This document shows positions 41,492 through 51,561 of a stretch of DNA of 54,742 bases, in pieces. Where the stretch lies: the sequence record SRR22947727_354; one strand, given 5' to 3'. Below the pieces are notes generated by a model. The model was not told the origin of the DNA. It was given only the letters and a program-made list of their open reading frames with translations, and ran no database searches. How positions within the stretch are numbered: position 1 is the stretch's first letter; each line of letters begins with the position of its first letter. Both the position numbers and the translations under genes were made by a program.

Positions 41492-43315
41492 ATGAATAAC
41501 GGGCAGAAAACTGATCAGCAGACAGCATTTCCGGCGGATCAGACCTTGGAAACAAATCGCCGTTACACCAGCCGCCAGCTATTGGCCGTCTTTTGGCCCT
41601 ATCTTCAGCCGCATCGTCTCCGAATCGCGCTTGCCATTTTGGCGCTTGTGCTTGTTGCTGGTGCGCTTCTTGGAATGGGGCGCGGGCTTGCCTATCTTGT
41701 TGATGAAGGGCTTGGCAAACGCGACCCTGCCTTGCTTGACCGCGCGGTGATGGCAACAGCGATGATTGCGGTGGTTCTGGCCTTTGGCAGCTATCTTCGC
41801 ACCAGCATGGTGAATAAAATTGGTGAAATGGTGCTGGCTGATATTCGCCGTGCTATTTTTGGCCATGCCATTACCTTATCGGCTGGATGGTTTGAAAATG
41901 CCCGAACCGGTGATGTATTATCCAGAATCACAACCGATACCAGTATCGTTCAAACGGTCATGACCTCGACCCTGTCAATGGCAGCGCGTAATTTCCTGCT
42001 GTTGATTGGCGGGCTTGTGATGGTGGTTCTATCCAGTCCGAAAATGTCGCTTGTGGTGTTGATCGTTGTGCCGCTAGTTGTGTTGCCACTGATTTTCATG
42101 GGACGCCGGTTACGCGCTGCTTCAAGATTAGCACAAGATCGCCTTGCCGATGTCGGGGTTGAAGCCGAAGAAACGGTTAGCGCTATCCGCACGGTGCAGG
42201 CCTTTGGCCGCGAAGATTACGTCAAAGGGCATTTTGAACGGGCAGTTGATCTGTCGCTTGACGCTGGTCTTGCACGAGTTCGGCTTCGCGGTCTGTTAAG
42301 CGGCATTGTGATTTTTCTGGTCTTTAGCGGAATTGGCGTCATTCTGTGGGTTGGTGGGCAGGATTTGATGGCGGGACGGATTAGCGCTGGCGATCTGTCA
42401 TCTTTCATTTTCTATGCGTTTCTGGTGGCAAGCTCGACGGGTTTTCTATCCGAGCTTGCTGGCGATTTACAGCGGGCGGCGGGTGCGGCTGAACGCATTG
42501 CGCAATTGTTGGACACCAAGGCAAGCCTGCCCACCCCAGCATCGCCGCAACCGATCAATCGGGCGGCTGCCACAGCATGTGAATTTGCCGCTGTTCAATT
42601 TGCCTATCCGGCCGCGGTGAACCGGCCAGCAATCAGCGATGTAAGCTTTGCCATCAAGGCCGGCGAACGTGTGGCGATTGTCGGGCCAAGCGGGGCGGGG
42701 AAATCAACGATTTTTCATCTTCTTCTCAGATTTTATGATCCGGTGAATGGGGCGGTTCGGGTTGGTGGGATTGATCTTCGTGATTTGTCGCTTGCTGATT
42801 TGCGCGGCCATATCGGTTTGGTGCCGCAGGATTCGGCGCTGTTTTCGGCAACGCTTCGCGAAAATATCGCCTTTGGCCAGCCAGATGCTGATGATGCGGC
42901 CATTATCGCCGCAGCAAAACAGGCACAAGCGCATGATTTCATCATGGCCATTGATGGCGGCTATGAAGCCTTTGTCGGCGAAAAGGGCGTTCGGCTTTCA
43001 GGTGGGCAACGCCAGCGGATTGCCATCGCCCGCGCAATCCTTCGCAATCCTCGTCTGTTGCTTCTCGATGAGGCGACAAGCGCGCTTGATGCACAGTCCG
43101 AAGCGGCGGTTCAGCATGCTTTAGAAAACCTGATGGCCGATCGGACAAGCCTTGTGATCGCGCACCGTCTGGCAACCGTTGTTCGGGCTAATCGTATTTT
43201 GCTGATGGATCGGGGCAGATTACTGGCGGTTGGAACGCATGAATCGCTAATGGTTGAATCTGCGCTGTATCGCACACTTGCCGAATTACAGTTCTCAATC
43301 CCAAAAGTTCGGTAA
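41492..43315 (+). CDS. ABC exporter, fused permease/ATPase (MsbA-related)
   Basis: 6-TM domain; GPSGAGKST, LSGGQRQR, LLLDEATSALD, IAHRL. Confidence 0.93.
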   Translation: MNNGQKTDQQTAFPADQTLETNRRYTSRQLLAVFWPYLQPHRLRIALAILALVLVAGALLGMGRGLAYLVDEGLGKRDPALLDRAVMATAMIAVVLAFGSYLRTSMVNKIGEMVLADIRRAIFGHAITLSAGWFENARTGDVLSRITTDTSIVQTVMTSTLSMAARNFLLLIGGLVMVVLSSPKMSLVVLIVVPLVVLPLIFMGRRLRAASRLAQDRLADVGVEAEETVSAIRTVQAFGREDYVKGHFERAVDLSLDAGLARVRLRGLLSGIVIFLVFSGIGVILWVGGQDLMAGRISAGDLSSFIFYAFLVASSTGFLSELAGDLQRAAGAAERIAQLLDTKASLPTPASPQPINRAAATACEFAAVQFAYPAAVNRPAISDVSFAIKAGERVAIVGPSGAGKSTIFHLLLRFYDPVNGAVRVGGIDLRDLSLADLRGHIGLVPQDSALFSATLRENIAFGQPDADDAAIIAAAKQAQAHDFIMAIDGGYEAFVGEKGVRLSGGQRQRIAIARAILRNPRLLLLDEATSALDAQSEAAVQHALENLMADRTSLVIAHRLATVVRANRILLMDRGRLLAVGTHESLMVESALYRTLAELQFSIPKVR

Positions 43316-43432
43316 GCAGTTCAATAGCCAAGTTATTGGTTGTTGAATTGCCCGATCATTTTGATCGCCTTTGAACTGGATATGATGATGGATCGGCTGC
43401 TGATAGACAGTGCTTCCGGCGTTTACGGAGGG

Positions 43433-44749
43433 TTACTTAACTGCAACGCGCTGTGTAATTTTTAATTCAATTCGGCGGTTTTTACGACGAGCATCGTCAT
43501 TATCATTGTTATCAAGTGGCTGAAACTCGCCATAGCCAGCGGCGGCTAATCGATTAGCTGGCAAACCCTTCTGATTGAGAAAGCGTACCACTGATAGCGC
43601 TCTCTCGGTTGAAAGATCCCAGTTGTCAGCATAGCGGCCTGCGCGAATTGGTACATCATCCGTGTGGCCATCAATCTGCAAAATCCAATTGATATCGGCG
43701 GGAATTTTCGTTGCAATATCCGCAAGCGTAATGGCGAGTTTGGCAAGTTGGTCTTGGCCCTCTGCTGCAATTTCGGCCTGTCCTTGACCAAACAAAACTT
43801 CGGATTGAAATACAAACCGATCACCAACAATCTGAACATCATCACGCCCTTTCAGTACTTCACGCAAACGTCCGAAAAATTCTGATCGGAAGCGTTGTAA
43901 TTCCTGAACACGGCTTGCCAAGGCGTTATTCAATGAACGCCCAAGACTAGCAATGGCTACCTTATCGTGCGCCGTTTGCCTGTCTTTTTCAGCAAGAAGG
44001 CTGGTTAGTTCTTCGAGGCGAGTCCGCAAGGCTGCTAAGGCGCTAGTCATTTGCGCAATTTCAACTTTTGAAGCAGTGGTTTCGGCGCGGAGTCCATCAA
44101 TCGTGCCCGCGGCGCTCCTGTTCTGCGCTTGCGCCGTTTCTAGTTGTCTTTGGGCAAGCTGCAGCGCGCCTAAGCGTTCCGCAAGGTTGGAACGCGTAGC
44201 AGCAAGGGTGGTTTCTGATGTGTTGATTTTGGCACGCAGCGCATCAATCGTATCAGCAGCGCTCTTGTTCTTTTCTTGTGCGATTGCCAGTTGTCCTTCT
44301 GCAAGCTGCAGTGCGCCCAATCGTTCTTCAAGACTAGCACGCGCAGCGACAAGGGCGGCGTTGGTATCGGCTTGTTGTGCTGTCAGGTTTGCAATTTGGC
44401 TATTTCGCGCCGCAATGGCGGCTTGCACGTTTGCCAATTGGGCTTGCAACTCGTCACGATTGGCATTGCTGGCATTTAACTGGTTGGTGATTTGCGCCAG
44501 ATTGGCGGCAAGATCGGCGCTTGCACGGCGTTCAATATTCAACAGCTCGCCAAGCGAGGCTAATTGCTGGCGCATCTCGCCAAGCGAGGCATCTTGCCCG
44601 GACAAACGATAGGCCAAATTCACCTGTATAAGCACAAAGACCATGAGCACAAAAATGATGACCATAAGCAAAGTTGCCAATGCATCAACAAATCCAGGCC
44701 AGGTGAAATTCTCGACCCGCCGTGCGTTGCCAATTCGTGCCAGTGCCAT
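43433..44749 (-). CDS. MotB/OmpA-family peptidoglycan-binding protein with long coiled-coil stalk
   Basis: TM WPGFVDALATLL (conserved Asp); C-terminal DGHTD, NWDLSTERA, AGYGE, NRRIE. Confidence 0.9.
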   Translation of the reverse strand: MALARIGNARRVENFTWPGFVDALATLLMVIIFVLMVFVLIQVNLAYRLSGQDASLGEMRQQLASLGELLNIERRASADLAANLAQITNQLNASNANRDELQAQLANVQAAIAARNSQIANLTAQQADTNAALVAARASLEERLGALQLAEGQLAIAQEKNKSAADTIDALRAKINTSETTLAATRSNLAERLGALQLAQRQLETAQAQNRSAAGTIDGLRAETTASKVEIAQMTSALAALRTRLEELTSLLAEKDRQTAHDKVAIASLGRSLNNALASRVQELQRFRSEFFGRLREVLKGRDDVQIVGDRFVFQSEVLFGQGQAEIAAEGQDQLAKLAITLADIATKIPADINWILQIDGHTDDVPIRAGRYADNWDLSTERALSVVRFLNQKGLPANRLAAAGYGEFQPLDNNDNDDARRKNRRIELKITQRVAVK

Positions 44750-44754
44750 TACCG

Positions 44755-45810
44755 CTAGTCCTCTTTGGTGCGACGGGTTTTTAGATCCATCATCGTGGCA
44801 ATTGATGATGACAGGCCTCGCAATTCACTGGCAACAACATCTATGCACTGGTTTCGATCGGTGCGCAAATCGTCGGATAACTGAAGGATATTGGCGTTTA
44901 ATTGAGCCAGCTGGTCACGGATCCGCCGCTCGTCAACCAGTGCCTCATGCATCTGCGCGATCGTGCCGTTCAAAAGTGATACCTGCTCAAGCACACGCTC
45001 TCGGTTGGTCTCGCCCTTCTCGATAGATTGTGATAGTGCCAACAGGGCGCGTGCAGCTTCTTCGCTCATTCCGCTTGCAAGTGGGCTTTGTCCCTTTTCT
45101 CCTGATGGGCCTCCGTCGTTGAAACGAGCAAAGGCTGACAGCCAATCCTCCAGTTCGTTAAAAAACCGGCCCATCGCCTGACCAAGCTGTAGGTCAAGAA
45201 AGCCCAGTATCAAAGAGCCAGCAAGGCCAAATAATGAAGACGAAAATGCAGTCGCCATACCTGAAAGGGGTGCATCAAGGCCAACTCGCAATTGCTTCAT
45301 CATGGCCTCAAAATTGCCAGCATTCGTGTCAATTGACCCAACAACATTGCCAACGGCTCCAATTGTTTGAAGCAGCCCCCAAAAGGTGCCAAGCAATCCC
45401 AAAAAGACCAACAGGCCAATCATATAGCGGGAAATTTCGCGGCCTTCGTCGAGGCGGGCAGCGACGCCGTCCAGCACTGATCGCAATGACAACGCCGATA
45501 GCTGCGCATCATGGCGCGAGTCTGCCAACATCGCGTACACCGTTGCCAAAACAACGGGTCGGTGCTCTGCTAAATCCAATTTGCCGGTCGATTTGACCAC
45601 AAGCAGCCAATTACGCTCAGGCATCAGCCGTAATGTTTGCCGAATTACATATAGAACGCCAATAGCAAATGCACCAAGAATAACGCCATTTAATGCTGGA
45701 TTTCCCACAAAGGCGGCTTGTAACGGCGCAGCTAAAAGCGAAGCAATAATGCCAACCCCAAGCAAAAAGATGAACATTCTGACAAGATAACGTCTTGGGT
45801 TGGTTTCCAT
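44755..45810 (-). CDS. MotA/TolQ/ExbB proton-channel family protein
   Basis: AGGAG RBS and ATG 45810; LGLLGTFWGL and GMATAFSSSLFGL motifs. Confidence 0.88.
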   Translation of the reverse strand: METNPRRYLVRMFIFLLGVGIIASLLAAPLQAAFVGNPALNGVILGAFAIGVLYVIRQTLRLMPERNWLLVVKSTGKLDLAEHRPVVLATVYAMLADSRHDAQLSALSLRSVLDGVAARLDEGREISRYMIGLLVFLGLLGTFWGLLQTIGAVGNVVGSIDTNAGNFEAMMKQLRVGLDAPLSGMATAFSSSLFGLAGSLILGFLDLQLGQAMGRFFNELEDWLSAFARFNDGGPSGEKGQSPLASGMSEEAARALLALSQSIEKGETNRERVLEQVSLLNGTIAQMHEALVDERRIRDQLAQLNANILQLSDDLRTDRNQCIDVVASELRGLSSSIATMMDLKTRRTKED

Positions 45811-46051
45811 GATCTTATCTCCTAGGCATGGTCGGTCACGGCAGTTTTTTGCGGATGATCGCAATTGTCAGACAGGCACGAACATCCACATAGTATAAAT
45901 TCTTGCCATCAAACAATGGCAGGATTGTGAATATTCGCAAGTCTTGCCGGATGAAATTGCAATCACGGCGCGAAAATCACGCTGAGTCTGGACAGCAACA
46001 ACCAAGCAGCTTTTGGCCGCGTTCCAAAATATGGCAGGAAAAGAAAAGGGC

Positions 46052-46861
46052 CTATGCCCGCGCCTTGGCAAGATGCTTTAGCAATTCGGCATGGATGGCC
46101 GGATTGCCAGCAACAACATCGCCGCTTTGCAAAACACGGTCACGCGACGCAAAGTCAGACACAAAGCCACCAGCCTCACGAACCAACAGGATACCTGCGG
46201 CGATATCCCAGCTTTTCAACCCATGTTCCCAATAGCCGTCAAACCGCCCTGCGGCGACATAAGCAAGGTCAAGCGCGGCCGAACCAAACCGGCGCACGCC
46301 AGCGCTGACCCCCATGATGTTGAATAATTCGCGGGAAAAAAGCGCATGGTCTTCATCACTGCCGCGCCCGATAAATGGAATGCCGGTGGCAAAAATAGAT
46401 TCGCCCATCTGGCGGCGTCCGGAAACGCGCAATCTGCGGTCATTGACATAGGCACCTGATCCGGCCTCGGCAAAGAAATATTCATGGCGAAGCGGGTCAA
46501 AGACTAAGGCTGCGGTGATTTTGCCCTTGTCACGAACGGCAATCGAAATGGCAAAATGCGGAATGCCATGAAGATAGTTTGTGGTGCCGTCAAGCGGATC
46601 AACAATCCAGCAAGGCGCATCAGGATCAGCACCCGCGGTGATGCCGCTTTCTTCCATCTCAAATCCCCAATCGGGGCGTGCCTTTGATAATTCAGCCTTG
46701 ATGATGCGTTCGGCATTGGTGTCAACGCGCGAAACAAAATCGGCTGGCCCTTTGCGGCTAACCTGCAAATTTTCGACTTCGCCAAAATCGCGAAGCATAT
46801 TGCGGCTAGCGGCGGTGGCCGCCTTGTGCATGACATTGATGAGGGCGGAGCGGGTTGCCAT
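46052..46861 (-). CDS. suhB: Inositol monophosphatase family protein SuhB
   Basis: WIVDPLDGTTNY, RRFGSAALDL, WDIAAG. Confidence 0.94.
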   Translation of the reverse strand: MATRSALINVMHKAATAASRNMLRDFGEVENLQVSRKGPADFVSRVDTNAERIIKAELSKARPDWGFEMEESGITAGADPDAPCWIVDPLDGTTNYLHGIPHFAISIAVRDKGKITAALVFDPLRHEYFFAEAGSGAYVNDRRLRVSGRRQMGESIFATGIPFIGRGSDEDHALFSRELFNIMGVSAGVRRFGSAALDLAYVAAGRFDGYWEHGLKSWDIAAGILLVREAGGFVSDFASRDRVLQSGDVVAGNPAIHAELLKHLAKARA

Positions 46862-46884
46862 AAAAAGTCCTGTAACGCTAAAAA

Positions 46885-47451
46885 TTAATTCTTTGCACGC
46901 TCTACATAGCTTGCATCTTCCGGCCGCACAACAATGCGTGTACCAGATTCGATATGTGGTGGTACCATAACACGCTCGCCATTTTCCAAAATAGCGGGCT
47001 TGTATGATGATGATGCGGTTTGGCCTTTGACAACAGCATCGGCCTCGACAACTTCCATCACAACCGTATCGGGAAGCTCAACTGAAATTGGATCACCTTC
47101 ATGGCTGGACATGGTCACGACCATGCCATCTTGCAAATAGGCAGCGCGCTCGCCAACCATGTCTTTGATGATGCTGATTTGTTCAAAGGTTTCGGAATGC
47201 ATGAACACCAGATGGTCGCCTTCATCATAAAGAAAGGTGCAGGCCGCTTCATCAAGGATTACGCGTTCAACCGTTTCTGATGACCGAAAACGTTCATTCA
47301 ATTTGGTGCCATCGCGGATATCGCGCAATTCGATCTGGGCAAAGGCACCGCCTTTTCCGGGTTTGACATGCGCCACTTTTACCGCTGTCCAAAGACGACC
47401 ATTATGTTCGATCACATTGCCGGGTTTGACGGCATTTCCGTTGAGTTTCAT
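46885..47451 (-). CDS. efp: Elongation factor P (Lys-type loop)
   Basis: HVKPGKGGAF, KGQTASSSYKPA. Confidence 0.97.
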   Translation of the reverse strand: MKLNGNAVKPGNVIEHNGRLWTAVKVAHVKPGKGGAFAQIELRDIRDGTKLNERFRSSETVERVILDEAACTFLYDEGDHLVFMHSETFEQISIIKDMVGERAAYLQDGMVVTMSSHEGDPISVELPDTVVMEVVEADAVVKGQTASSSYKPAILENGERVMVPPHIESGTRIVVRPEDASYVERAKN

Positions 47452-47503
47452 CGCTAAATCCTTGTTCGCATCGCTGCGGTTTGCAGCAAAGGTCTATCCG
47501 TGT

Positions 47504-48511
47504 TTACAAAAATTTGCCAATGGCGATGGCATTATCCAACATTCGGCAGGAAAAGCCCCATTCATTGTCATACCATGCCAGCACCCGCACCAAACGCTTG
47601 TTCAATACGCTTGTTTGGGTCAGATCGGCAACCGAAGAATGCGGGTCATGGTTAAAATCAATCGAAACAAGCGGGCGTTCATTGATGCCAAGAACGCCTT
47701 TCATGGGGCCATTTGCAGCCGCGGTGAGTAGCTGGTTAATTTCTTCAAGTGATGTGTCGCGGCTTGTCGTGACCACCAGATCGACAACGGAAACATTGGC
47801 CGTTGGAACCCGAATGGCCGATCCCGACATCTTGCCCTGTAATTGGGGCAGAACCTCGCCAACAGCTTTTGTGGCACCGGTTGAGGTCGGAATCATTGAT
47901 ATGGCAGCGGCGCGGGCGCGGCGCAAATCCTTATGGCTTGAATCGAGTGTTGGCTGATCGCCAGTATAGGCGTGGATTGTCGTCATATAGCCGGCCTCAA
48001 TGCCAACGCTATCAGCCAGAACCTTGGCAACAGGGGCAAGACAATTGGTCGTGCAGGACGCGTTTGACACAACATCGGCATCAGCCGTTAACAGGCTGTC
48101 ATTGACGCCAAAAACAATGGTCTGGTCAGCGTTTTTGCATGGTGCGGACACAAGCACTTTTTTCGCGCCAGCGGCAAGATGCGCGGCCGATGCTTCGCGG
48201 CTGTTGAATTTTCCCGAACATTCCAGAACAATATCAACACCATGTGCGGCATGCGGAATATTGGCTGGATCGCGTTCGCGGCTCATATGGATTTTGCCAC
48301 TGCCAACATCCATCCAATCGTCGCCATGCGTCACCGTGCCGACAGCGCGTCCATGAACCGAGTCAAATTCATAAAGATGTGCCGAGGTTTCAACTGGCCC
48401 GGGGCTGTTGATCAGCACAATCTCCATATCCTGATGCCTCATTTCCTGAAAAGCACGAAGTGTCATCCGGCCAATACGGCCAAATCCGCTGATCGCCAAT
48501 CTTAATGTCAC
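47504..48511 (-). CDS. gap: Type I glyceraldehyde-3-phosphate dehydrogenase
   Basis: GTG start at 48511 after AAGGAG; GFGRIGR, SNASCTTNCL, WYDNEWG. Confidence 0.95.
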   Translation of the reverse strand: MTLRLAISGFGRIGRMTLRAFQEMRHQDMEIVLINSPGPVETSAHLYEFDSVHGRAVGTVTHGDDWMDVGSGKIHMSRERDPANIPHAAHGVDIVLECSGKFNSREASAAHLAAGAKKVLVSAPCKNADQTIVFGVNDSLLTADADVVSNASCTTNCLAPVAKVLADSVGIEAGYMTTIHAYTGDQPTLDSSHKDLRRARAAAISMIPTSTGATKAVGEVLPQLQGKMSGSAIRVPTANVSVVDLVVTTSRDTSLEEINQLLTAAANGPMKGVLGINERPLVSIDFNHDPHSSVADLTQTSVLNKRLVRVLAWYDNEWGFSCRMLDNAIAIGKFL

Positions 48512-48597
48512 GCGACTATCTCCTTGATTTTTTCGGCTGACCAATCATGGTTTGGCCATATATTGTCTAGAAATTATGCTGTTTTTATATCGTCTGT

Positions 48598-50574
48598 TTA
48601 TCCAATTTGGCGTTTTGCCGCCGCAACAACAGCGTCAGCGGTAATGCCAAAATGATGATACAGATCATCAATCGGTGCCGAGGCACCAAAACCAGTCATG
48701 CCGATAAAGCTGTCAGTCTCGTCAAGCAGCCAATCCCAGCTTTGCCGCAGCCCAGCCTCAATTGCAATGCGCGGCGTCTTGCCAAGCACCTGCGCGCGAT
48801 AGGCCGCATCCTGCATGGCAAAAAGATCAAGACAAGGCACCGAAACAACAGCAGCGTTGATACCGCTATCGGCAAGTTGTTTTTGCGCGTCAATGGCAAT
48901 GCCGACTTCGGATCCTGATGCCAGCAAAGTGATCTGGCGTGTGCCGTCACAATCAACTGCAACATAAGCGCCTTTTGCGGTTTTGTTTTCAGCCATATCA
49001 CCATGCCGGAATTGCGCCAGCCCTTGACGGCTCAATGCCAGAATTGATGGCGTGGATTTGACTTCAAGTGCGGTTTGCCATGTTTCGGCGGTTTCCACAG
49101 CATCGCCCGGACGGAATACGAATAAATTCGGCATCACGCGAAGCGCGGCAAGATGTTCGACCGGCTGATGCGTTGGGCCATCTTCGCCAAGGCCAATCGA
49201 ATCATGCGTCATGACATAGATGACGCGCTGTTCCATCAGGGCCGACAAACGAATGGAGGGGCGGCAATAATCGGTAAACACCATAAAGGTGCCACCATAA
49301 GGGATGGCACCGCCATGAAGGGCAATGCCGTTCATCGCTGCTGCCATACCATGTTCGCGAACGCCGTAATGAATATAAGTGCCGCCATAATTGCCATGAT
49401 CGAAAATTGTGTGATCGGCAACCCGGGTATTGTTTGATCCGGTCAGGTCGGCCGATCCACCAAATAGGGTTGGGCAGGCTGGCAAAATGGCTTCGATGGC
49501 TTTCTGGCTGGCAACGCGCGTCGCCAGTTTTTGTGGGGCGCTTGCCAATTGGGTTTTCCATGCAAGAACCGCCGCGGCAACATCCTTGTCAAAATCATTG
49601 GCAATGGCGGCGTCAAAGGCGGTTTTGTTTTGGCTTGCCGCATGCCGGTCTTGCCATGATTGATACGCCGCCGCGCCGCGGGCGCCAACAGCGCGCCATT
49701 CGGCCAGAATATCGGCGGGGATTTCAAACGCCGCATGTGGCCAGCCAAGTGTTTCGCGTGCCAGCGCAATTTCGGCATCGCCAAGCGGGGCACCGTGAAC
49801 GCCGGATGTGCCCTGTTTATTCGGCGCGCCAAGGCCGATTATGGTTTTGCAGCAGATCAGGCTTGGCCGGTCATCGGCTTGGGCGGCGCTGATCGCGGCG
49901 GAAACGGCGTCCATATCATGCCCATCACAGCTTAGCACCTGCCAGCCATAGGCCTCGAACCGGCCGCTTGTATCATCCGATGTTGACAGGTCAGTGCTGC
50001 CATCAATTGAAATATTATTATCGTCAAACAGCACGATCAACCGGCCAAGCTTCATATGACCTGCCATCGAGGCGGCTTCATGACTAACGCCTTCCATAAG
50101 ACAGCCATCACCAGCAATGACATAAGTGCGGTGATCAACCAGATCATCACCATAGCGTGCCGCCATATGGCGTTCAGCCATCGCCATGCCGACAGCATTG
50201 GCAATGCCCTGACCAAGTGGGCCAGTTGTGGTTTCAATACCCTTGGCATGACCAAATTCGGGATGTCCGGCGGTGCGGGCACCAAGCTGGCGGAAATTGC
50301 GAATCTGCTCGATGGTCATATCTTCGTAACCGGTCAGATGCAAAAGCGCATAAATCAGCATTGAACCATGTCCGGCAGATAGCACAAACCGGTCACGATC
50401 AGGCCAATCAGGGCTGGCCGCGTCAAATTTCAGATGGTCGCAAAATAGCGCGGTTGCCGCATCGGCCATGCCCATTGGCATGCCCGGATGGCCCGAATTG
50501 GCGGCCTGGACAGCATCCATTGCAAGAGCCCGAATCGCATTTGCCATTGTTTGACGTTGAGACGAATTCGGCAT
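48598..50574 (-). CDS. tkt: Transketolase
   Basis: SGHPG, GDGCLMEG, THDSIGLGEDGPTHQP; ATG 50574 after GGAGG. Confidence 0.97.
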   Translation of the reverse strand: MPNSSQRQTMANAIRALAMDAVQAANSGHPGMPMGMADAATALFCDHLKFDAASPDWPDRDRFVLSAGHGSMLIYALLHLTGYEDMTIEQIRNFRQLGARTAGHPEFGHAKGIETTTGPLGQGIANAVGMAMAERHMAARYGDDLVDHRTYVIAGDGCLMEGVSHEAASMAGHMKLGRLIVLFDDNNISIDGSTDLSTSDDTSGRFEAYGWQVLSCDGHDMDAVSAAISAAQADDRPSLICCKTIIGLGAPNKQGTSGVHGAPLGDAEIALARETLGWPHAAFEIPADILAEWRAVGARGAAAYQSWQDRHAASQNKTAFDAAIANDFDKDVAAAVLAWKTQLASAPQKLATRVASQKAIEAILPACPTLFGGSADLTGSNNTRVADHTIFDHGNYGGTYIHYGVREHGMAAAMNGIALHGGAIPYGGTFMVFTDYCRPSIRLSALMEQRVIYVMTHDSIGLGEDGPTHQPVEHLAALRVMPNLFVFRPGDAVETAETWQTALEVKSTPSILALSRQGLAQFRHGDMAENKTAKGAYVAVDCDGTRQITLLASGSEVGIAIDAQKQLADSGINAAVVSVPCLDLFAMQDAAYRAQVLGKTPRIAIEAGLRQSWDWLLDETDSFIGMTGFGASAPIDDLYHHFGITADAVVAAAKRQIG

Positions 50575-50904
50575 GATAGCCTCCAAAGATTGCTGGTTTG
50601 AGTGTCAGGCAAGATCATGCCCCTTTTTTTTGGGCATAATCGACAAGTAATTGATGAGCCGCAATTTGCCCTTGTTGGGCGCGTTCGTCAATGCGTCAAC
50701 GCCAAGATTACTGTGGTCAAACAGGGCGCCTTTCTGGGTTAAGTCATATTTTGCGCTTTATTTCGATTCGTGAATCAGGCAAGCTTCGTTTCATAACATA
50801 TTATGTTCTAGAGAAAAAACCGGCCTAATGTTTTGTCTGTTTTGACGGTAATGCACGCCATAGGAAAACAATAGGCACGGTTAGTAAGAGAGATTTGGCA
50901 GGTA

Positions 50905-51174
50905 ATGACGCGATTGCAAAATGCCGAAAAACAGCTAAGCGAGGCCCTTGCAGAATTGGAATCGGCAGTTGAGTCATCGATCGAGGCGTCTGCATCAAGT
51001 GCCATTGCGCCGACTCCCCCAACGGCTGATTTTGCCGCGCTGATTGACGAGGTTAGCGGAATTGAGGCCAAGCTTGGCGAAGCCATGCAGGTGATTGCCG
51101 ATATTGATGCGGCGCAAACAAACGCGGGCAATGCTGGCGACATCGGAAACGGAGACAGTGATGGGAACCAGTGA
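50905..51174 (+). CDS. Small coiled-coil protein upstream of zapA (DUF4164/ZauP-like)
   Basis: Heptad-rich RLQNAEKQLSEALAELESAV; conserved position before zapA. Confidence 0.65.
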   Translation: MTRLQNAEKQLSEALAELESAVESSIEASASSAIAPTPPTADFAALIDEVSGIEAKLGEAMQVIADIDAAQTNAGNAGDIGNGDSDGNQ

Positions 51175-51561
51175 ATGAGCCAGTCAGTTGTCACCATTCG
51201 GTTGAACGGCCACCCCTATCAGATCGGCTGCGGGGCTGGTGAAGAAGATCATGTTGCCAATTTAGGCGCTGAAGTTGAATCGATCATGCAGTCGCTTGTC
51301 GGTTCGGTTGGCCAGATTGGCGAAGCGCGGTTACTGGCGATGGTGGCTCTTATTCTGGCCGATCGCGCCAGCACGGCCGTAGCGGCAAATGGCGCATCCA
51401 ATGCGGCGGCGTCAACTGCGCCGCCAGCAAGCACATCAGCCGATGATGCGAGCGCTGCCGAGGATCGGGCCGCGGCGCTTTTGGAAGATGCAGCGGCAAA
51501 GATTGCCACGCTGACATCAAAGCTTGCATTTGATACGACAAAACCCTACATGATGCCCTAG
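51175..51561 (+). CDS. zapA: Cell division protein ZapA
   Basis: VTIRLNGHPYQIGCGAGEEDH, GQIGEARLLAMVALILAD. Confidence 0.9.
   Translation: MSQSVVTIRLNGHPYQIGCGAGEEDHVANLGAEVESIMQSLVGSVGQIGEARLLAMVALILADRASTAVAANGASNAAASTAPPASTSADDASAAEDRAAALLEDAAAKIATLTSKLAFDTTKPYMMP

Noticed and set aside
43433-45810. Zorya anti-phage system or flagellar stator
   Set aside because: No zorC/D/E-like or flagellar genes adjacent; housekeeping context.
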